Source: Chiloscyllium plagiosum
Taxonomy: Eukaryota
Reading direction: 5' to 3'
Assembly (NCBI RefSeq): GCF_004010195.1
Contig: NC_057751.1
Coordinates: 3,320,264 to 3,340,263 of the forward strand
Length of the DNA stretch: 20,000 bases
In this document: piece by piece, positions 19,575 through 20,000 of the stretch
How the letters are laid out: every line of letters begins with the position of its first letter
Position numbering within the stretch: position 1 is the first letter of the stretch
Position numbers and translations under genes: made by a program
Notes under the pieces: generated by a model
Seen by the model: the letters and a program-made list of their open reading frames with translations, nothing else
What the model was told of the DNA's origin: nothing
Databases searched by the model: none

Positions 19575-19662
19575 GTATTCTTTCACTGGATGCAGGCATC
19601 ATTGCTAAGACCAGAACTTACTTATTATCCCGAACTGTGGTTAGCTCAGCCATTTCAGAGAA
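19575..19662 (-). mobile_element. Degenerate LINE/SINE tail, apparently related to the family at 15975-16365
   Basis: ttcactggatgcaggcatcattgctaagaccagaactta resembles the antisense of taaatgctggtccag...cccatgactgaa. Confidence 0.4.
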
Positions 19663-20000
19663 TGCACCACTCCCCACCTCTTCCTCCGCTACATTGATGA
19701 CTGCATTGGCGCCACCTCGTGCTCCCGTGAGGAGGTTGAGCAATTCATCAACTTCACCAACACATTCCACCCTGACCTTAAATTTACCTGGACCATCTCT
19801 GACACCTCCCTCCCCTTCCTGGACCTCTCCATCTCCATTAGTGACGACCGACTTGACACTGACATTTTTTACAAACCCACCGACTCCCACAGCTACCTGG
19901 ATGACACCTCTTCCCACCCTATCTCTTGCAAAAATGCCATCCCATATCCCCAATTCCTCCGCCTCCGCCGTATCTGCTCCCAGGAGGACCAGTCCCACCA
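19663..20000 (+). mobile_element. Penelope-like element reverse transcriptase, 5'-truncated, running off the window
   Basis: Open frame: TTPHLFLRYIDDCIGATSCSREEVEQFINFTNTFHPDLKFTWTISDTSLPFLDLSISISDDRLDTDIFYKPTDSHSYLDDTSSHPISCKNAIPYPQFLRLRRICS. RYIDD, F..FHP.LKFT, LPFLD, YKPTD and RLRRICS are diagnostic of Penelope RT. Confidence 0.93.

Noticed and set aside
19618..19998. 126-aa minus-strand ORF
   Set aside because: Antisense shadow of the Penelope RT.
2400..20000. Exons of the expected syntenic neighbour bin3
   Set aside because: No BIN3-like peptide recognised in any frame I translated.

Overview
Vertebrate genomic DNA, almost certainly from a cartilaginous fish, judging by the HE1-type V-SINE, HER1/CR1 LINEs and elasmobranch Penelope-derived hairpin elements. 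The window opens with the 3' end of the egr3 coding sequence (three C2H2 zinc fingers, stop at 403) and a ~2 kb 3' UTR containing a 400-N gap. The rest looks at first like TE-rich intergenic DNA: CR1/L2 LINEs, a SINE, two LTRs, Penelope RT and pLTR-derived palindromes. However, the non-repetitive pieces between the transposons, read on the minus strand through stops and frameshifts, appear to reassemble into a decayed, multi-gene endogenous negative-strand RNA virus of filovirus type. The pieces are VP35-like (~15290->14290), VP30-like (~11085->10230) and L-polymerase-like (~9930->2865), all on one strand and in viral gene order, convergent on egr3. The viral assignments come from manual translation and motif comparison with Ebola/VSV proteins recalled from memory, not from a database search, and need confirming by tBLASTn/HMM. 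TE boundaries are approximate unless a TSD is given.
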